From positions 1-45,881 of the forward strand of contig JBLFXU010000001.1 of NCBI GenBank assembly GCA_047609575.1: a stretch of DNA of 45,881 bases. The letters run 5' to 3'. This stretch comes from Bacteroidia bacterium. GTDB lineage: Bacteria; Pseudomonadota; Gammaproteobacteria; Pseudomonadales; Halieaceae. Below, piece by piece: positions 40,641-45,881 of the stretch (positions within the stretch are counted from its first letter, which is position 1; each line of letters starts with the position of its first letter). A model generated the notes under the pieces. It saw only the letters and a program-made list of their open reading frames with translations. It had not been told where the DNA came from and did not search any database. A program made the translations under genes and the position numbers.

Positions 40641-41504
40641 TTAGCTGATCGCTGAAGCTCCGCTGACAATCTCTGACAGCTCCTGCGTAATCGCTGATTG
40701 ACGCGCCTTGTTGTAAATCAACTGGAGATCGTCGATCAGGTCGCCCGCATTATCAGTCGCGTTCTTCATTGCCAACATTCGCGCGGCCTGCTCACATGCG
40801 CCGTTTTCAACTACTGCTTGATAGACTTGTGACTCCATGTAGCGGGTCAGCAGACCTTCCAGTAGCTCTTTCGCATCAGGCTCGTAAATGTAGTCCCAAT
40901 GATGCTTCATATCGTTTGAATCTTCCGCCAGCAGAGGCAGTAACTGCTGCACGTTCGGAGTTTGCGTCATGGTGTTTTCGAACTCGTTACCCACCAGAAA
41001 CAGGCGATCTATCTTGCCGTCCTCGTAAGCATCCAGCATGGCTTTAACACCACCGATAAGATCTGCCAAAGTGGGTTCTTCACCAAGGTCACGTATCGCA
41101 GCAACCACGTTACCGCCGTAGCTGCCAAAAAAAGCTGCTGCCTTGGCGCCAACCAAACATAAATCGATCTCTATGTTCTGCTCGTCCCATTCCTTCATGG
41201 CTCTAACTGTCGCTTTGAACAAATTGATATTCAAACCGCCGCAGAGACCTCGGTCGGTGGAGACTACAATGAAGCCAACGCGCTTTACTGCGCGCTCCTG
41301 CATATAACTGTGGCTATATTCGGGCGCCGAGTTTGCCAGATGGCCAACCACAGAACGCATACGGCGGGCATAAGGCTTACCCCGGTGCATGCGTTCCTGA
41401 GCTTTACGCATCTTGCTCGCAGCTACCATTTCCATGGCGCTAGTGATCTTCTGCGTGCTTTGGATGCTCGAGATCTTGGTGCGTATTTCTTTTCCGGCAG
41501 CCAT
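40641..41504 (-). CDS. atpG: ATP synthase F1 gamma
   Basis: [36 protein letters not shown]. Confidence 0.98.
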   Translation of the reverse strand: MAAGKEIRTKISSIQSTQKITSAMEMVAASKMRKAQERMHRGKPYARRMRSVVGHLANSAPEYSHSYMQERAVKRVGFIVVSTDRGLCGGLNINLFKATVRAMKEWDEQNIEIDLCLVGAKAAAFFGSYGGNVVAAIRDLGEEPTLADLIGGVKAMLDAYEDGKIDRLFLVGNEFENTMTQTPNVQQLLPLLAEDSNDMKHHWDYIYEPDAKELLEGLLTRYMESQVYQAVVENGACEQAARMLAMKNATDNAGDLIDDLQLIYNKARQSAITQELSEIVSGASAIS

Positions 41505-41509
41505 TTAAA

Positions 41510-43054
41510 TTACCAGGTCTGAGTCGACTTGAACGCCTCGAGTGCAGACTTGAAAGCCGCCTCGATGTCGCTGTTGTAGTCACCGCTCTCAACGATCTTA
41601 TCCATCAATTCGCCTTGTTCGGCGTGCATGTAGGACAACAAAGCGCTTTCGAAATCGCCCGTTTTGTTAACATCTACATCGTCGAGATAGCCTTCGTTGG
41701 CTGCGTACAATACCAATCCCATTTCCGCTATAGAGCGCGGGGAGTACTGACCTTGCTTCATCAGCTCTGTAACGCGCTCACCGTGATCAAGCTGCGCCCT
41801 GGTGGCATCATCCAGGTCGGAGGCAAACTGCGAAAACGCCGCCAGCTCACGATACTGTGCGAGTGCGGTACGAACACCGCCGGACAACTTTTTCATGACC
41901 TTGGTTTGTGCTGCACCACCTACCCGCGATACAGAGATACCCGCGTCCATCGCTGGACGTACGCCCGCGTTGAACATGCCGGACTCCAGGAAAATCTGGC
42001 CGTCGGTTATTGAAATCACGTTAGTGGGTACGAATGCGGAAACGTCACCGGCCTGTGTCTCAATGATCGGCAATGCGGTCAAGGAGCCGGTCTTGCCCTT
42101 AACAGCACCCTCGGTGAATCTTTCAACATAGGCCGGGTTAACACGCGCGGCACGCTCAAGCAGACGCGAGTGCAAGTAGAAAACATCGCCGGGATAAGCT
42201 TCACGACCCGGTGGACGACGCAGCAGCAGGGAGATTTGGCGGTAGGCCCAAGCCTGCTTGGTCAGGTCATCATAAATAATCAGGGCGTCTTCACCACGAT
42301 CGCGGTAGTACTCACCCATGGTGCAACCTGCAAACGGTGCCAGGTACTGCATCGCTGCAGGATCGGATGCGTTAGCCGCAACGATGATGGTGTGATCCAT
42401 CGCGCCATGCTCTTCCAGTTTGCGTACCACCGCGGCTACCGAGGAGGCCTTTTGGCCAATGGCAACATAGATACACTTAATGCCGGTGTTTTTCTGGTTG
42501 ATGATCGCGTCAATCGCAATAGCTGTCTTACCGATCTGGCGGTCACCAATAATCAGCTCACGCTGGCCACGACCGATTGGCACCATGGCGTCGATTGCCT
42601 TCAGGCCGATCTGTACCGGTTGGTCAACCGACTGACGCTCAATGACACCGGGAGCAACTTTTTCCAGTGCATCCGTTAGAGCAGCATTGACCGGACCTTT
42701 ACCGTCGATGGGGCTTCCCAGAGCGTCAACAACACGACCCTGCAGCTCCGGTCCAACCGGTACTTCCAGAATGCGACCGGTACAGCGGCAGCTCTGGCCT
42801 TCCGCTATGGTCTTGTAGTCGCCCAGGATTACCGCGCCTACAGAATCGCGCTCAAGATTAAGCGCCATACCGTAGATGCCGCCTTCAAACTCGATCATCT
42901 CGCCGTACATTACTTCGGCAAGACCATGAATACGGATAATGCCGTCGGTCACCGAAACCACGGTGCCTTCATTGCGAGCTTCCGAGCTGACATCGAGTTG
43001 GTCGATGCGCTGCTTGATAATCTCACTGATCTCAGATGGATTCAGTTGCTGCAT
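41510..43054 (-). CDS. atpA: ATP synthase F1 alpha
   Basis: [31 protein letters not shown]. Confidence 0.98.
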   Translation of the reverse strand: MQQLNPSEISEIIKQRIDQLDVSSEARNEGTVVSVTDGIIRIHGLAEVMYGEMIEFEGGIYGMALNLERDSVGAVILGDYKTIAEGQSCRCTGRILEVPVGPELQGRVVDALGSPIDGKGPVNAALTDALEKVAPGVIERQSVDQPVQIGLKAIDAMVPIGRGQRELIIGDRQIGKTAIAIDAIINQKNTGIKCIYVAIGQKASSVAAVVRKLEEHGAMDHTIIVAANASDPAAMQYLAPFAGCTMGEYYRDRGEDALIIYDDLTKQAWAYRQISLLLRRPPGREAYPGDVFYLHSRLLERAARVNPAYVERFTEGAVKGKTGSLTALPIIETQAGDVSAFVPTNVISITDGQIFLESGMFNAGVRPAMDAGISVSRVGGAAQTKVMKKLSGGVRTALAQYRELAAFSQFASDLDDATRAQLDHGERVTELMKQGQYSPRSIAEMGLVLYAANEGYLDDVDVNKTGDFESALLSYMHAEQGELMDKIVESGDYNSDIEAAFKSALEAFKSTQTW

Positions 43055-43085
43055 GCTCTGTTCCTCAATCCTATTGTCCTGAACT

Positions 43086-43622
43086 TCAGGAATTCATTGC
43101 CTCGGCCAGCTTGTTCAGCCTGCCGCGCACGGACCCATCGATAACCATATCGCCGGCCCTGATTAATACACCACCCAATAGCTCTTGGTCGGTCGACGTG
43201 CTGACTTTGACGTCGCGTTCGAGCTTGCCGCGCAGAACTTCTGCCAGGCGATTGACCATACTGTCATCCAGATCGAAGGCAGAGATCACTTCTACATCTA
43301 CCGCCTTTTCCTGGTTCGCTTTATACAGTCCGAACTGGGTGTAGATCTCCGGCAGCAGTGCAAGACGCTTATTAGAGGCCAGGATGCTTACCAAATTTTT
43401 AACTTCACCACTGGTGGCGTCACCGCAAAGCTCATTGAGAGTCTGCGACTGTTGCTCGTTAGTGAGAGAAGGGCGGTCCAGAGCAGCGCTAACACGTTCG
43501 TCAGCCACAACACTGGCGCAAGTAGCCAACTGCGACGCCCACTCACTCAGGGCGCTATTGTCCCTGGCGTATTCGAACGCCGCTTTGGCATAAGGGCGCG
43601 CTAATGTGCTTAATTCAGCCAT
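43086..43622 (-). CDS. atpH: ATP synthase delta
   Basis: [29 protein letters not shown]. Confidence 0.97.
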   Translation of the reverse strand: MAELSTLARPYAKAAFEYARDNSALSEWASQLATCASVVADERVSAALDRPSLTNEQQSQTLNELCGDATSGEVKNLVSILASNKRLALLPEIYTQFGLYKANQEKAVDVEVISAFDLDDSMVNRLAEVLRGKLERDVKVSTSTDQELLGGVLIRAGDMVIDGSVRGRLNKLAEAMNS

Positions 43623-43630
43623 GATCCCGC

Positions 43631-44101
43631 CTAGAGCTCTGTAGCCAGCTTCTCGACCAGCTCACTGTGAGCTTCCCGGTCGATCGCGGCACCCAGAACT
43701 TTCTCAGCACCGGCAAGCGAAAGGGCAGCCACTTCACCGCGCAGCGTTTCGCGTGCACGATTTGTTTCCTGCTCTATCTCTGCCTTCGCAGAAGCCTTAA
43801 CCCGGTCTGCCTCAACTACAGCAACGTCCTTGGCTTCTTCAACCAGCTGGCCGGCGCGTTTGTTGGCAGACTCAATAATGCCAGACGCCTCTACCTTGGC
43901 TTCCTTGAGACGCTCTACCGCCTTTTCTTTGGCCAGCTCAAGATCATGACTTGCACGATCTGCAGCGGCCAGGCCGTCAGCTATCTTTTTTTCGCGTTCT
44001 GACATGGCGGCCAAAATAGGGGGCCACACATACTTCATGCAGAACATGACAAAGCAGATAAAAAAGACCATCTGCCCGATGAGCGTAAGATTAATATTCA
44101 C
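43631..44101 (-). CDS. atpF: ATP synthase F0 b
   Basis: [10 protein letters not shown]...KYVWPP, then coiled coil; GTG start. Confidence 0.97.
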   Translation of the reverse strand: MNINLTLIGQMVFFICFVMFCMKYVWPPILAAMSEREKKIADGLAAADRASHDLELAKEKAVERLKEAKVEASGIIESANKRAGQLVEEAKDVAVVEADRVKASAKAEIEQETNRARETLRGEVAALSLAGAEKVLGAAIDREAHSELVEKLATEL

Positions 44102-44169
44102 GCCTTGCTCCTCACAGATTGTTCCGGGCTGTTAATCGACACAGCCCCATTCCCGTGTCAGTTATCGTC

Positions 44170-44406
<237 letters not shown>

Positions 44407-44447
44407 CTAAAGTTAAGAACCATATTAAAAATTACAGTGAAATTCGA

Positions 44448-45380
<933 letters not shown>

Positions 45381-45776
45381 TCAGTCTTCGTTGCCGCGCT
45401 GTTGTCTTAACAACAGCCAGCTGCCAATAATTTGTACAACCAGCATCAAGAGGTACCCGGCAAATACCGCCGGGCCGTCTAGGGGCCTTACTGCCGCAAA
45501 CACGACAGCAAACCCTGCTGCACTTAGTAAAAACTTGCCTATTTCACCCGCATATCCGCTGCGGGCCATAGCCCTTGCGGCATTCACTGAGCGACTGCGA
45601 AACGCGCGAGACGCAAACCAAGCCTGGGGTACTACCGTAACTAATCCTCCGCTAGCAAACGAGTAGGCTATTACCTTGTCGTAGGCCGCGAGGAAAAGGC
45701 ACGCTAGGCCAAGAAGGGCCAGCTGAGCCAGTGTGATTCGGTGGACGGGAGGCCGCGCTATCTCAGCACCTGCCAT
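45381..45776 (-). CDS. atpI: ATP synthase protein I
   Basis: Four-TM small protein with GEIGKF, first gene of the atp operon. Start inferred at ATG 45776. Confidence 0.85.
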   Translation of the reverse strand: MAGAEIARPPVHRITLAQLALLGLACLFLAAYDKVIAYSFASGGLVTVVPQAWFASRAFRSRSVNAARAMARSGYAGEIGKFLLSAAGFAVVFAAVRPLDGPAVFAGYLLMLVVQIIGSWLLLRQQRGNED

Positions 45777-45832
45777 AACTGCCTCGCCTAGCAATAAGCC
45801 ACACGGGTATCATCCTCGTCACGGGCGGCGGC

Positions 45833-45861
45833 AGTATAGGGGGATTGCTGTATGGGTTCAA
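45833..45861 (-). promoter_or_regulatory. Sigma70 promoter of the atp operon
   Basis: Minus strand TTGAAC, 17 nt, TATACT, followed by a GC-rich discriminator GCCGCCGCCC. Confidence 0.65.
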
Positions 45862-45881
45862 CAAAATCACGGGGCATTGAT

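Overview
A mostly core-genome chromosomal window from a marine gammaproteobacterium. Gene order and protein style resemble Cellvibrionales/Halieaceae with Pseudomonas-like synteny; this is an inference, not a database result. The order is coaBC, long-form algC, argB, slmA, a hypothetical gene, pyrE, crc-like, rph, yicC, gmk, rpoZ, spoT, ridA, an SDR, oxyR, recG, a rubredoxin/rubredoxin-reductase fusion, ubiCA, a GNAT/FemAB-like gene, a decayed enoyl-CoA hydratase, a DUF938 methyltransferase, yaaA, a split TRAP transporter with an acyl-CoA thioesterase, uvrD and a SPOR protein. Next comes an AT-richer patch of about 3.5 kb with small genes (phnA/yjdM, a 55-aa ORF missed by the track, a cold-shock gene), then glmS, glmU and the full atpIBEFHAGDC operon. 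I saw no rRNA, tRNA, CRISPR array, transposase or integrase, and no clearly new multi-gene system. The most notable items are a 200-bp nested-palindrome element between gmk and rpoZ, a second perfect 21-bp inverted repeat before glmU, a catalytically dead Crc orthologue with candidate AAnAAnAA target motifs, the Rub-RubB fusion, a membrane-tethered AlgC, a doubly lesioned crotonase pseudogene, and the small basic/acidic protein with a (TE)n microsatellite.
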